Assembly (NCBI GenBank): GCA_964016885.1
Contig: OZ024742.1
Location: 123,566,001 to 123,630,000, forward strand
DNA length: 64,000 bases
Direction of reading: 5' to 3'
DNA from: Eledone cirrhosa
Taxonomy: Eukaryota
Part shown: in pieces, positions 1 to 13,864 of the stretch
Layout: each line of letters begins with the position of its first letter
Position numbering within the stretch: position 1 is the first letter of the stretch
Made by a program: the position numbers and the translations under genes
The notes under the pieces: generated by a model
The model's database searches: none
What the model saw: only the letters and a program-made list of their open reading frames with translations
What the model was told of the DNA's origin: nothing

Positions 1-454
1 TCAAAATTCTATAACAGTATTATTTAACTAAAGAACTGCTTCAAAAGAATATAGCTAACACATATCTGATGCCATTGTTTTAAGATATGCGCATATATTG
101 AAATGGGCTATTATCTAAAGGTATTAGCTGAACATTGTCACGACATACAAGAATATACTCTTAGCTGTAAAAGGGTAAATAGGTGTTCTAATTTCCTACA
201 TGTGTTTCATGTCATGACGGAAGCAGGCGGTTTTTCTTTTTCTAGAATATCATTTAGACATTCTCGAGGCGAACGTGATGTAATATCATGTCTTGAAATT
301 TAGAAAGTATTCCTTCTGGCAGTTTCAAAAGTGTTCTAAATAGATGCTCACACGCACCATAGACACATTTGAGAGATTGAGGCCGACGTATTTCATTAGT
401 CGAAATAAAATTGATGCTAAGTGCAACAAACCAAGTTGACTCAATGATGGGCAT

Positions 455-640
455 TTATTTCGGAGCAAAGTACTTTATTTCACATTGCTCCAATACACTC
501 AGCTGAGATTGAATAACAGCAGTTTCTGGGGAGTTAATCCTGGGATAGACTGGTATCCTTTTCAGGCTGAGTCTTACGGCAAGGAAACCGGCCTGACGAG
601 CATCCTGCTTAGAATAGACATGACGAATGGAAGAATACTC
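455..640 (+). mobile_element. Degenerate tRNA-derived SINE, family B (body and 3' part)
   Basis: gagcaaagtactttatttcacattgctccaatacactcagctg...cctgggatagactggtatcc resembles the reverse complement of 22808-23060 and the copies at 48170 and 63045. Confidence 0.5.
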
Positions 641-1319
641 GGTAAGCATGATTTCGTAAGAAATGAATTCTTGCACAAAACACGGAAGCCTTATACAGCG
701 TGAAAATTGAAATATATGTCATCGCTATAAACAAGCAGACCTAAACATGTCTAAGTATGTATATATGTAGCCTCTCATACATTCAATATATGAAACACAA
801 TGTCTGCTTCTTCAGTTTTATTGCGGAAGATCTAACAGTTTTGCCACTAATATATGAACAAATCAAATACATGCGTAAAGTGTATTAGAATGAATTGCAA
901 AATTACACTGCATAAGTGCAAGTTTAAAATACTGACATGACAAAAATGAAATCTTGTTTTTTTTACGTTATCATGGATCTAGGTGATTTGAATATTGGCT
1001 AATATATGTTAGATTTTCATTATGTTTTAGCTAAGGCTCACCAGATTAATCCTGTTATTTAAAGAAATGATTGCATTTATGTGTACACTGTATTTCTTTG
1101 TTACAAAATTAACTCTTGTATCTAAAACTATAGGATATTTTCTCTGGTCCCCACTTTATCTAACATTGAGTGTCTGAACAAAAGAATGAAATCAGATGCT
1201 TTAATTGAATGTGAAATTTCCAAGTACTGTATAATATATTCAAACATACGTTAATATCTCGGAGCAAGTAACATTTCTGGAATACAATAATCTTGAATAA
1301 TATTTTCTCTTAACATAAT

Positions 1320-1502
1320 TGTTTCTACTTTTGGCACAAGGCCAGTAATTACCCAGTACATTACTGCTACTTTATTTTATCAACCCCGTAGGGATGAAAG
1401 GTAAAGTTAACCTCGGCGGTATTTGAACTCAGAATGGCAAGGGCCATAACTCTATGCGTCAAAGCATGGCGTCCGACCCTCTACCGATACTGCCAATCCA
1501 CC
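1320..1502 (-). mobile_element. tRNA-derived SINE, family A
   Basis: Reverse complement matches the ~185-bp repeat at 9979 and 16150 (A-box-like TGGCAGTATCGG, B-box-like GAGTTCAAA). Possible 15-bp TSD ttctcttaa(c/a)ataat at 1305-1319 and 1503-1517. Confidence 0.85.
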
Positions 1503-2293
1503 TTCTCTTAAAATAATGATTGTTAAAAACGAATTCCAAGTTAACTAGAATCATAATGTTTGCGTTTTGCGTGTTACTTTACTCTAAAGCTGTATCTAAC
1601 AACAGTGACTAACAACAGAATGTTTTAAGTCTGCGTGTTCTGACATATATGCGTAGCTTGTGAATAACAAATTCAAGGGGTTTCGCTGGCCGTGGTGATC
1701 CCTGGCAAATATCGTCTTATTGGCTAATCAACCGATGAGAGTAATTGTTGCTCAAAAGCATCCGCCACTTTGTTTGCACGTTTATTTATCGTTTCGCTTT
1801 CGAATGTTCCTCCTGTATTTCGTCGTTTATCATCAAAATATTTTTCTCGTTTTGGTAAGTTATAGTGTTAATTTATATATGATTTTTTAAATTTATATTA
1901 ACTATTTTTTTTCAGTTCGTTATTGGTTGTATCATATTTACTTGTATATTTGTCCACATTATTGTTCGTTTTATGTTAGATTATTTTATTATTATTATGT
2001 TAGATTATTTTTTTTATTATTATGTTAGACTATTTGTATGTAATATTTAATTTTTATTAATTCAACTATAAGAATTATTATGTAAAATATATTTATTTAA
2101 TATTGATTATTTTTTGTAGTTGTTTATATTAAAAGTCTGAAAATATTTTTATACATCTTACAATAATATTTTTAAGATCATTTATAAAATAACAATTATA
2201 TAATCTAATTACATTACAAGGATAATTTATTATTAATTTATTATCATGTTTAACTAGAGTTATTACAAGCGTTGGCTTAAAAAAATATTAAAC

Positions 2294-2721
2294 TAGACCT
2301 GAAAAATGCGCAAGCTCAAAAGAGCCACAGAATGTTATAATAAACCTTCAAAAGTGTGGGACTAGAGTTGTTGCTCAACAATATTGTAATCATTATCTGT
2401 GGCATCCTTTTATAAAAAGAGACTCGTAACGAACTCAAGACGACACGATCATTATTTAAGTGAATTTATAATATAGAATTCGGTTTAAGTGCATTTCGTA
2501 TTAATCATTACTAAACATCTAATATGAGATATTGAACATTAGCTTAAATGATTATCGTATCGTCTTGAATTCGTTATGAGTCTCTTTTTATAAAAAGATG
2601 CTACAGAGTGTACGATAGAAAATGATTACAATATTTTTGAGCAACAACTCTAGTCCCACACTTTTGAAGGTTTATTATAACATTCTGTGGCTCTTTTGAG
2701 CTTGCGCATTTTTTAGGTCTA
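2294..2721. repeat. Long inverted repeat (foldback or MITE-like), ~165-175-bp arms, ~80-bp spacer
   Basis: 2294-2460 (tagacctgaaaaatgcgcaagctcaaaagagccacag...) is a near-identical reverse complement of 2543-2721. Confidence 0.9.
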
Positions 2722-3484
2722 TTTGAGTATTGGTCAAAACACTGTCACTCGTACTGCGTATTTGATAGAAGAGGCATAGACAACCAACTTCTACTCACTG
2801 TGTGTGTGAGAGAGAGAGCGAGACGGGGAGAGAGAGAGGGAGAGAGAGAAAGATATATATATATAGAGAGAGATATTGCAGATCTCCATAACTAAGGATC
2901 ATGGGATAACTTGATGAAATCGAATTTTCTCACTATAAGACATATTAGATAATGAATATACAGGGAATTAAATAATTAAATCACTACATTTATAATTGAT
3001 AGACACTTTCATCTAATTCCTCTCGTGTGAGTATTAGACTCTACTCTGAATCCTAAAATTAGTGAATTACAACGATAAACCGTGCTGGAAGATTTCTAAT
3101 CAATAAACAAGAAATTAATTGCTGTGTTATCAAGTATTTTAAATGATGTAAACAAACTAGGGCATTCGAAGTATTACGGTTCAATAATCTAGAGTATTTT
3201 AAGGTAAGCGGACGTCGAGTTATTCAGCAATGATCACACTCGAATGAATATTAAACTGCCACCATTGTGGTATATTCTCAAATATTTTGTTGTAAACATA
3301 TCGATAGACAGCCTATCATATGTATTCATACAATCTATCAAAAAGCAATATAAAAGGGGACATGTCCATTCTATTAAACGAATTGAAATTCTATATTCTT
3401 ATTACTCCAATGAAACTACTGAAGCCATGTTAAAGTGCCGTCCATTTTATCGCTCTTTGCATTCGAAGTTCTATACAATATCTT

Positions 3485-3512
3485 CGGCTGCTGCTGCTAC
3501 TACTACTACTCT

Positions 3513-3567
<55 letters not shown>

Positions 3568-3760
3568 GGTGCTGCTACCTTTCTTCGTCTCTTTTGTTTT
3601 TCTCTTTTCTTTCCTCCTTTTACTCCTTTTCCTTTTCTTCTTTTCTCCTCTCTCGTTTTCTTCTCTCCTCTTGTTCTTCTTCTTTTCTCTTCTTATTCTC
3701 CTTTCCATTCTGCTCCTTCTTTTCTCCTTTATTTTTCTCTTTTTTTCACTTTCTCGTCCT
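3485..3760. repeat. (GCT)n/(TAC)n microsatellite followed by a pyrimidine-rich low-complexity tract
   Basis: Directly visible; explains the overlapping poly-T/S/Y ORFs at 3244-3822. Confidence 0.95.
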
Positions 3761-3779
3761 AAAAATGTTATAAGTATTA

Positions 3780-3990
3780 GTGGGTGAAGCATAGCTAAAA
3801 TACCCAGAACCTCGAATACCATGCTTTACACTATACGTTCCGGTATTATATGCCATTCATTCAAATCTCGCTAAGATCAACATTGTCTTCCATCCTTGTG
3901 TGGTCAATAGAATGTAGTGTTATCAAGTACTGGGTCGAGATAATCGACCTTTGCCACACATTCAAATTGCTGACCTCGTTCTTAAATTAT
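3780..3990 (+). mobile_element. Old, diverged SINE copy (family A-like)
   Basis: attcaaatctcgctaagatcaacattgtcttccatccttgtgtggtcaatag...aattgctgacctcgt resembles the SINE core and tail. Confidence 0.5.
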
Positions 3991-3992
3991 TA

Positions 3993-4290
3993 TCCATATA
4001 TCTAAAATAGAGAATGTCTGTCTGTATGTCTGTCTGACTCCCTAAAACTTGAGAACCACCCAACCGATATTTTTCGAACTTTACACATGTAATATGTATA
4101 GTCGTGTGAGTGTTTTGAGCAAAAGATATTTCACATTTTCAATACCCTAGGGACCGCATTAGGCGCCGGTTAGCGATCTCTCTATAATTCTTAGTCTGTC
4201 TTTTTAGATAGATACATCGCTATAACGTCGTGCCCTTATAATATCTGTCTGTATGTCTGGCTTTTTGCATTACGACATTATGACACTATC

Positions 4291-4378
<88 letters not shown>

Positions 4379-5583
4379 GTGTGTAACGTATTTCGAAACA
4401 TTTACTTCTGCATTCACAGATTGATTTTTTTTTAGTTTCAGAAAATTCCGTTAAGGGTGAAAGCAGCGATTCTTCGCTTAAACTTTAATCTGTTATTTTA
4501 ATATATATATATATATAATTATATATTCGTGTACAGATATGTTTGCATACACAATAACAAAATATAAACAGACGTATTTATTTTACGAGGCTCGACAGCA
4601 GCAAAAACAACAACAAAAAAGAGAGGAAACGCAATTACATGCTTTTGAAAAATCTTAATGTAAAATTATTTGCCTATTCACCCAAGGCGACATCACATTT
4701 TATTAGGACTTCTACATCAATTGGTGAACATACGACTAAACTGTTTCAGAAAGGAGGGATAAACATGCCAATCTATGTTTAGTATCCCGAGCAACGCCGG
4801 ACCATTCAGTCTGTCTTTTTAGATAGATACATAACTATAACGTCGCGTCCTTATAATATATGTCTGTATGCCTGGCTGTCTACATTGCGACATTATGACA
4901 AATATTGTTCTCATTGCTGACGTATTATCTTCGCTATTTTCCGTTCATTGACAGGGAACGTCATGACGAATGAAAGTATCGTCTTCCTATCTTCCTTCGG
5001 TTGTAACGTATTTCGAAATATTTACTTCTGCGTTCACAGATGGATTTTTTTTAGTTTCAGAAGATCCTGTTAAGGGTGAAAGCAGCAATTCTTTGCTTAA
5101 ACTTCAATCTGTTATTTTAATATATATCTATATATAATTATATATTCGTGTACATATATTTTTGCATACACAAAAACAAAATATGAACAAACGTATTTAT
5201 TTCACGAAAGCACTGACGGTTTATCCTCATTGTTACTGCCAATATGCCACCCCAAAAGTCCCACTACTTTTGGCACAAGGTCAGCAATTACATAGTCAAC
5301 GTTCGGAAATCGCATACATCACTCACAAGTTTACTCCTTACTCTACCAGTTAGTCTTAGTGTACTTCGTCCTGCTTTTAGGTCATGCCTCGAAGGAAAAG
5401 ATACTCCATTGGCCGAAATACTGCGAAAGCGGCAAGAAAAAGAACAAGGCGGGCAAACGAATCGTCAGTGGAATTTGCTATTCGACGGTCGCAAGGCCGA
5501 GGTATTCCGTACTTCTCTGTACTGAGGGATAAACATGCCAATCTATGTTTAGAATCCCGAGCAACGCCGGGCCATTCTGCTAG
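3993..5583 (+). mobile_element. Non-autonomous Helitron with an internal ~615-bp tandem duplication
   Basis: Inserted between A and T with no TSD. 5' end TC followed by gtctgtctgt. 3' subterminal hairpin cccgagcaacgccggg then CTAG (5580-5583). Internal blocks 4194-4807 recur within 4808-5582. Short ORF 5384-5590 (MPRRKRYSIGRNTAKAARKRTRRANE) resembles Helitron Rep/helicase N-termini. Confidence 0.85.
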
Positions 5584-7914
5584 TTATTAATAAATGACTG
5601 AAAGTTTCAGAATGCGGTAGAAATATATAAAGGGAAAAGGACAAATATAACAAAACAAAGTAGTGTTTTACCCAATATATTTCAACATTATATTTCTGGG
5701 CTGTAACTCTCTTTTATTTGTCATCCTTTGCCCTATATATATTTTTACCACATCGTACCAGCTTTCTGAAAATTATCAGTCATTTACTACATATCTCGCA
5801 ATACTTTGTTTTAACCATACTACTTTATTATTACTATCATTTGTTCTTACGTTGGGGACGCTGCTTTGAAGTCAAAGAACACTACCCTACAGCCAGATAT
5901 AGTAGTGATAGAATATCGAATAATCCTGGAATGCAGGAAGTTCTCAAGCGACAGACTTGTGTTAAAAGCAATACTAGAGTATTATCACGAAGGAAAAATA
6001 CCTAGGGGATATTTGATTAATCTCCTGCTAATAATGCTAACAGACACGTTTATGTATAAAACCAATAAGAAAAGCGGATGAAGAGCATAGACGTTCGGTC
6101 TTCTAAGCAATAGGTTTCCGACTGTGTGTTGATGGAAAACCTACATATATTTACACGTATCTTTTCAAAAATCATATCAATGTTCAGAAGTTTACGTGTT
6201 AATAAGAGGATCTAGATTGGATAAAACATGGATGTTACAAAAGAGAAGTGAGTTGTTCAGCAGGGTTACTCTTATTTTTAAGCATATGATAGCATATGAT
6301 AGTGTGCTTTGGTGTACCGTGAGCTCTCAATAATTCCGCCTCGTTAGTGTGGGACAGACGCTTGAAAGAGAGCAAACTTCACTAAAGCAACTATGGGACA
6401 GGAGATGGCATCATTTCGCTAGCCCGTTGCCACCGCAAAAAAAAAAAACACAAATAAAATACAGGTTGGTTTCAACGTACTAATTTGATACCTATAAGAA
6501 ACCATGAGCTGTGTACGGTAAGCTAAGAGAGAGGTCGTTGATTTTTCAGGGTTTCTGCAGATATTTTACTGAGGTGTAATTCATTGGCTCATTTTATTGT
6601 TAACTATTACCATTGAAATATTTATGGATTTCTTTCGATTCAATTAGGGATGACGCTTATTAGGGTAAGGAATATATGTTTTCAGTATTACTTTGAAGAA
6701 TGTTTTACATTCGCCATTAAAATTGTGGACTTTCAGCATTGTAATGAACCTGAGGTGGTAAGTGAATGGAAAGCTGCTTTTTATCTGTAATTAATCTAAG
6801 AAAATAATAGTTTTTATTTGTAATCTAATACCATCTTAATGATTGATACGTGCTTCCTAAATTTTTCATAGAAATCTTCAAAAGATTCTGTTTATATTTG
6901 CTTTAGATATAGTCAAGAATATTGTTTTATTGGATTAGATAGATGAATTTATAGTTGTCAAGCGAGGAAGTAATTTGTAGTATCATGCATCGCAATTTCT
7001 AGTGCACCACTTTTTTTTAGACAAGCAGGCACATTTTGTAAAGCATAGGAAGGGGTAATGAGATCTCAGCATAGCTGGTTTTATTCCTAGATATTATCTA
7101 TTTCAGGTTCTTCTAATTTCTTAAGCTCATTGTGGAAACATATTTTTCTATCTCTTTAGCTTTAGAAAATGCCTCTAGTTCTATTGTTGGTTTTCTATCT
7201 AATGCTACGTTTTTACCGCGTATCGTTGTATATAATTCCTGAGGATTATTTTCGAACGTGTAATTTGGTTATTATCGTTTCTCCCTAAATCAAGGTTTTT
7301 TTAAACGTATATATGCAGGTATCTGTTTTAAGGATTCTATACCAATCTTCTGATATTAATTCCTATTTCATTATATGCGGTATTCGATATCAATCTGCTC
7401 AACACTACACACATACACAGAAAAAAATCTTCGCATAACATAGAATTAAAGCTGTGTTGCATGCTTCCTATCTACAATTCCCTATATCATTGTAATTGTA
7501 GTTGCCAACACTCTTCTGGTTTTATACTTACGCAGATCGAGTAGAATTGGTTGGTAACTAAAATAGCTGCAGAGTACAGGAAATAAATCATTACACATCA
7601 GTGTCTCTAGTTATGCAGTTTTCTCTGTACTTTTCAATGACGTGTATTAAAAATATTGCTTTTCATATATGGAAGTTTATTTATGCCATTTCAATAGAAA
7701 GGTCATCATGTGATAGTGCAAAGATAAAGGGGTGTGTGCTTCTCCCTGTATATCCGGTAGAAGATATGCGAGTTTCCGACTAACAAAAATGTATCTTGTG
7801 AACTGTTAGATTGTGAAACAAGACCAACCGAAAAGAAAATCATTTTCAAACATTTTTCTCAGCAAATCAATTTTTTGTGTTCATTTTCTTTCTTTCTCTT
7901 TTCTTTTACTTTCT

Positions 7915-8060
7915 CTTATGTTTGAGTTCAAATCCTGCCGAGGTCAAATTTGCCTTTCATCCTTACATAATATATGAAAGAAATAGCACTCAGTTAGTGG
8001 GATCGATATGACCGACGATTCTCTCTGACAAAGTTTTCAGCACTTGTGTCTATTGAGCAT
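7915..8060 (+). mobile_element. Diverged 5'-truncated SINE (family A-like)
   Basis: gagttcaaatcctgccgaggtcaaatttgcctttcatccttac matches the SINE core. Confidence 0.6.
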
Positions 8061-8309
8061 CAATATTATAATAATTATTATTATTATTATTATTGGCGAC
8101 CTAAGTAGTAAATCGTATCATCGTGAGCTTCGCAAAGGTTTGTTGTTTTCAGTTGTATAAAATTGCCATTTATGGAAATTTTTTTATTGTTAACTGTATA
8201 TAAGTGCACATACATTGTTTTCTGAAAAGGACACTCAAAAAGATTGGGGCCTTGAGCCCAAAATTTAAACTTTTATAATTATAAAGAAAAAAATTTTCTT
8301 TGAAAAATC

Positions 8310-10455
8310 ATGGCCGACTAACAGCTGAACCAAGTAGCTGAGAGCCTTCCTCACAAACTAACACCTCACACCGACACCACCATTGTAAATATTACTACCT
8401 TTGCCAACACTAAAAATATAAGCAGTAGCAATATTTTAAATTTGTCTCAGGCAGACATTCATTTCCCGCCATTACCAATGACTGCAGGTGTTGAATACGC
8501 CACCCCCACCACCACCACAACGACAACAGAAACAAAAGAAAACAATAAATTATCTCGTGATATCGAAATGAATTCACCCAGAATGAACTCTTCCACACCG
8601 AACACCACTGGCGCCACCACCACCACAACTGAAACTAAAATTAACAATAACAGAAATAACGATAACAACAATAGCAACAATGAGAATAAGAAAATCCTGT
8701 CTTTTGCCAGAGTAGCAAAAAAGTGCGAAGCAACACAGGTAACTCAGGGGGAATTAGAAGAAGCCAAAAGAATGGTAAAGAAAGATGGGTACAAGGTCAG
8801 CCCCCCCCACCTAATAAAATGGAGCATTGGCGCCTATGCACCGTGTCTTTTCGGACTATTAACATAAAATCGCGCCGAGTGGAACGGGCATCCGAGTCCC
8901 AAATCCAAAAGGCTTTGGGACATGTGTGGGCAAAAAACCCCCCCACATCAGACGTAGGCAGAAATATGAAACCGTGGACGTGTTCTTTGAAACAACACAG
9001 GAGGCCAGAAAACACTCCATGGCCCCATTAAGAAGTGTCGACTTCACACTATTCCCAAGCTATTGTGGCCAGAGACTCGTGAAGATCAGGGTGACCTACG
9101 TTCCACCGGCCATCAACATTCCCTGGCTAATGGCTGCCGTCCTCGCCGGCAACGAGGCCAACACCAAGATAATCGAAATAGCGAAAGAAAAGCAGGAGAA
9201 CTGGTCCAGATCTGGGATGGAGCTTCTGATCCAAGCGGACCAAAAAAGCATTGAGGAGATCCCAGAGGCAATAGACCCACTGACGGCAACCACCTCCCCG
9301 TAATCGTCGAGGGCAGAATTCCTAGGTGTGTCGTTTGTGGTGAAGGAATCCATCTAAGTGCTTTCTGCCCTCAGGCTAAAATGTTGAAGCCACCTCTCTT
9401 ACCTACCCTAGTGACTCAACCATCAACACCACCAGAAGCAGAAATGGCAGCAACAACTGTAGCAGCAGAAACAGAAGCAACTGTAACAGCAACAACCCCA
9501 GCAACAGAAGCAAAACCAACACCACCACCACCAAACGCGCCAGAACTAGCACAAGCGCCTACACCATCCAGCACACCACAACCAAAACCAACGCCTGTGG
9601 AGGATTTTCCACTCCCCGAACTATCGCAACTGGAGACAGATTGTGACGCCGAGGAGTGGGAAATGGTATCAGGAAAAAAGAAAAAAAGAAAAAGAAACCT
9701 AAAAAGAAAAAAATCCACTTCCTTCTGCCTCCAAAAACAAAATACAGAGGGAAACAAATAAACTATCAAACAAAAAAGTTAGGACAGCTATGCCACCATC
9801 CACACCAGCATCACCAACCCCATCACCACAAACACCAACACCATCACCATCATTAACCCCAACACCACCATCACCAACACCACAAAAGTCACCAAAAATC
9901 GAAACAGAAACAAACCCACAACAAACGCAAACAAAACAAAACGATACACACTACACAGCATTAAATTTGAACAACAAGGGCGGTGGATTGGCAGTATCGG
10001 TAGAGGGTCGGACGCCATGCTTTCCAGCATAGTTACGTCCCTTTACGATCTGAGTTCAAATCCCGCCGAGGTTGACTTTGCCTTTCATCCTTACGGGGTC
10101 GATAAAATAAAGTACCAGTAATGCACTGGGTAATTGCTGGCCTTGTGCCAAAAGTAGAAACAATTAAATTTGAACAACAAGCAATTATTACAGTACATCT
10201 AACACAACACCACCATCACAGAAAAAGACTACACAAAAACCCAAAAGTTCACACCACATCCACATATACAAATCACTCGCATCAAACAGAAAACGTACAC
10301 GACACTAAAACAAAAATTCCCCAAAGACATCGGAGACTTCCGACAAGCACTCTCCAGGAGGATTTATAAGGACATCCTTCCGGAGGAGGCCACACGCAGT
10401 GAAAAGGATGGAGAAAGGTAAGTGGTCTTTCCCATCCTTTCCACTCCATTTCAAC
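8310..10455 (+). pseudogene. L1/Tx1 ORF1 (gag-like), frameshifted and interrupted by a SINE
   Basis: ORF fragments 8442-8867 (SFARVAKK), 8926-9303 and 9381-9761. Zinc knuckle VEGRIPRCVVCGEGIHLSAFCP (CX2CX4HX4C) at ~9306-9371. Pro/Thr-rich linker and a basic KKKKRKR tract. Confidence 0.75.
9979..10162 (+). mobile_element. Full-length SINE family A inserted in L1 ORF1
   Basis: Perfect 19-bp TSD attaaatttgaacaacaag at 9960-9978 and 10163-10181. Confidence 0.95.
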
Positions 10456-13400
10456 ATGACCTCACTCAGAATAGGCGGCATAAATGCGCGTAGCTTGGGG
10501 TCGTCATGGAAGCAGGGTCACCTGCTCAACGACCTCAGGTCACTAAATATAGATGTAGTGGCCATCAGCGAGACCAGAATCTCCGAAGCACGGGCCTTCG
10601 CACCGATCTTCGGCGGCTACGATGTGTACGCATCTCCCAGCCGTCCTGGATCGGGAGGAGGAGTTGCTGTGCTTTTTCGGAGAGGTTTGGATCTCGCCAT
10701 ACGGGCCATCTTCCTGAACCCAGAAGGTAAGTTGATGGTGCTGGACGTGACCAGCGGAGACGGGCAAGCTTTTGGCTAGTGACCGGCTATGCCCCGACAG
10801 GAGCAGGGCGGCTTGATTTCTTCTGGTGTCTGGAGACCTTTCTTGTAACGTCCCGCACTTTAGTGTTAGAGGGCGACTGGAACGGGATCTTAGATGCACG
10901 CTGGGACTGTGTGGAATTAGCGGATAGGGGAGGAGGGTGCAAGAGTGTCACCAACCTGCTCAGCCGTTTTGAACTGTACCGAGTGGATTTCCCGAATGTG
11001 CCAATGTGGACTTGGACAAATCGCGTAGGGTCATCCACATCATATCTAGATAGAGTATTTTGTGGGAAATAGATAGGTCTAGCATAGGCTGTCCACAATT
11101 CAAGATAGTCAGCTACACGTACCACAAATTCGTGATCTGTGGGCTTTATTTAGATAGGCCTCATAGAGGAGGACCCGGCTACTGGAAGCTAAACGCGTCC
11201 TTACCGGCGCGCAAGGCCTACAGAGACCGGATTAGCGAACTAGTTAAGCGGGTGTTGACGGGGGCCATCGTCAACAACAAGTGGTGGTTTTCTTTGAAAA
11301 GAGCGATTAGAATAGAGTCCATTAGGTTTAGTAAGGCTTTAGCAATAGAGAAAAATAGAGCAGAGGGAGAATTAGTTAGAAAATTAGACGAGGCGCTTAG
11401 CAAAGGCATCGCGACCGACGTACTTGCGGCGAAATTGGCCCTTGACCAATTCTTCAATGCAAAGCACGAAGGCTGCGTTGTCAGAGCTAGGGTGCGTGCT
11501 CTCAGACACGAGGTGACGAAAGACGTTCAATGGGCCCGAGTGGCGGAGGCGCGTCGTGGCAACAAAGCCACTCCGGTCTTTGGTGGACCACGACGGGCGC
11601 ATGCTACTCGATCCCGGGCAAATGTGTGAAGCTTTTCAGCGACATTTCGCACAGCCGTTCGGGGGCAGAGGCGGACCGGATCGAGGGATGGACTTTAGTG
11701 TCTACCTCGACGGACTGCCGCGGCTCTCGACCACTGAGGCGGAGTGTTGCGAAAAGCCGATAACAGCCGCTGAAGTACGGGAGGCAATGACTGGCTGCAC
11801 AAGGGTTAATTCGCCTGGTTTGCATGGTCTGCCCTATGAATTTTACACAAAGAAACCAGACTTGTTCGGAGGCCTCTTGGCGGACGTCTACTGCAACTGA
11901 CAACAGAACGGGAGAATTCCCAGCTCTGTGAGCCGAAGAGCTGTGGCGCTGCTGAGAAAGGATCCGAACAAGAGGGATAACATAGATAATTTGAGGCCCA
12001 TAAGCCTGCTAAACACCGAGTTCAAGCTTTTGGCCAAGGTGCTAGCAAAGAGGTTGGCGCTTGTCGTTGGTGGTCTGGTGGGAGAGGCGCAGACATGCTG
12101 CGCCATTCCCGACAGATCCATCCACGACAACCTCCACCTCATGCGATACATCGTAGAGAGGGTAGCTAGGGAACCTGGCACGGGTGGGTCCTTGATCAAT
12201 TTAGATCAGTCGAAAGCTTTCGATAGGGTTGACCATCGTTACCTAGCGGCAGTCCTGAGGGCGGCTGGCTTTGTGCCCGTCTTCAGAGGCTGATCGCTGC
12301 CATGCACAGCGACATCTGCTCTGTAGTGAGAGTGAACGGTCCCCTTTCGGAACCGTTCAACATCATGCGCACGGTCCGCCAAGGATGTCCCCTCTCGTCC
12401 CTCGTGTACGTATTGACTCTCGAGCCATTACTGCACAAACTGGAGACGCTGAGTGGGATCCCGCGCGAACTATAATGCGGAAGATCCGTGTCAGCATATG
12501 CGGACGATGTCACCGTAGTGGTGTCGAACGCCAAACACATCGAGGCGATCGGCACTACACTAAGAGAATACAAAGCGGTGTCAGGAGCAATGATCAACCA
12601 GGAAAAGTCAGTGGGCCTGCAGCTCGGCACCTGGAGAGGCAGGTCCATGCCGTCCAACAGCGTCGCCGGGCGCTGGACGGACAGACTGGTTAAATTGCTG
12701 GGGGTCTGGTTCGGTCCGGACCTCCAGACGGACAAAAACTGGGACGAGGTGACGAGCAGGGTGGCTTCTCTCACCCAGAAATTGGCGGAGAGGAAGCTAT
12801 CCCTGAAAGGTCGAGCGGAGGTGGCTAACGCGTACATCACGTCCGTTATCTACTATCGCCTGACCGTCGTACCTTGTCCTAAGCCCCGACTGACTGCGCT
12901 GGAGCGTTTGCTCTTTCGCTTTTGTGGAAGGGACTCGCTCCGATGGTCAGGCGGTCCATCTGCTGTCAACTCCCGCTACGTGGAGGGCTGGGCATGCCGT
13001 GGCTGATGATGCGCAGACATGCGCTCAGGCTACGACATCTCCACCTCTTCCTCGAAGCTGATCAGGTGTGGTCGCCGTTTGCTAGACGCGTCTTTCCCCA
13101 GCTCGTCTCCTTGACGGAGCTGCAGTCCTGGGTCAAGCGAAGACCGAGAGGGAGCGCTTAGAGACTGGAATGTCTTTAGGCGCTCACAGCCCTCGACCAA
13201 TCGGGCAATGTGATCGGTGGAAACGCCACCTTGGCGTTCTATCGAGGATTAGTTGAGGGGAAGAGCGACGACGTACTTGCAGAGACTCTAGGCGTCCACG
13301 AAAATCAACTAGCCAATCTCTTCGGGTGAACTTTCGGGCCGGGGCCTATGGACAACTTCCAGAAATCCTTGGCCTGGCAGTGCTACTGAGGAGCTTTGCC

Positions 13401-13864
13401 AGTTCGGGATAAACTCTACAGGCATGGAGGTGCCGTCAGCCGGGCATGACCGAGATGCGCGCAGGGCGACGAAACTTTCCTGCACGCACTCGTCCAGTGT
13501 CCGAGCATTGCTGACTTGTGGGTTTATGTCGAACATCTGCTGTCACCTGTAGAACGGATCCGGCAACAGCCGAGTCCATCGTGAGGATAGCCCCGTCCTC
13601 TTCTTTTAGCCGGGAAGGGCAGGCAGTTTTTTTTTTCTGTCTGGTGGCCATGGCGAACGAGATAGTATGGTGGACGCGTCTGAAAGGGCTGAAGACGAGC
13701 ACTTACCTCTTCGGTGATGCTCTGATTAACTTTTTCCAATTTCATTTGAAAAGGAAAATCAGGGTAGAGAGGGAAGTGTTCTCTTCCCAACCTTTCGTTG
13801 AAAGATGGGTTGAGAGGTAGGAATGGCCCGAGTGAATGGACCTACTCTGCGAATATGGCTGTAA
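10456..13864 (+). pseudogene. L1/Tx1 ORF2 (APE endonuclease + reverse transcriptase), multiple frameshifts and stops
   Basis: APE motifs INARSL, AISETR, EGDWN, SYLDRV. GYWKLN linker. RT motifs SPGLHGLPYEFY, RPISLLNTEFKLLAK, LDQSKAFDRVDH, VRQGCPLS and YADD (~12497). Confidence 0.92.

Noticed and set aside
1728-1765. CCGATGA-GAGTAA(ttg)TTGCTC-AAAA-GCA-TC
   Set aside because: Two core mismatches and no stem I
3244-3822. Overlapping 110-170 aa ORFs (poly-T, poly-S, poly-Y)
   Set aside because: Translations of (TAC)n and pyrimidine-rich tracts
1700-6765. Isolated GTAAGT/GTAAG donor-like sites (~1855, ~6518, ~6758; also ~52580) suggesting host exons
   Set aside because: No coherent reading frame or homology; cannot be supported without transcript data
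9979-10070. tRNA gene
   Set aside because: The A/B-box-like head belongs to a multi-copy SINE with TSDs and does not form a cloverleaf
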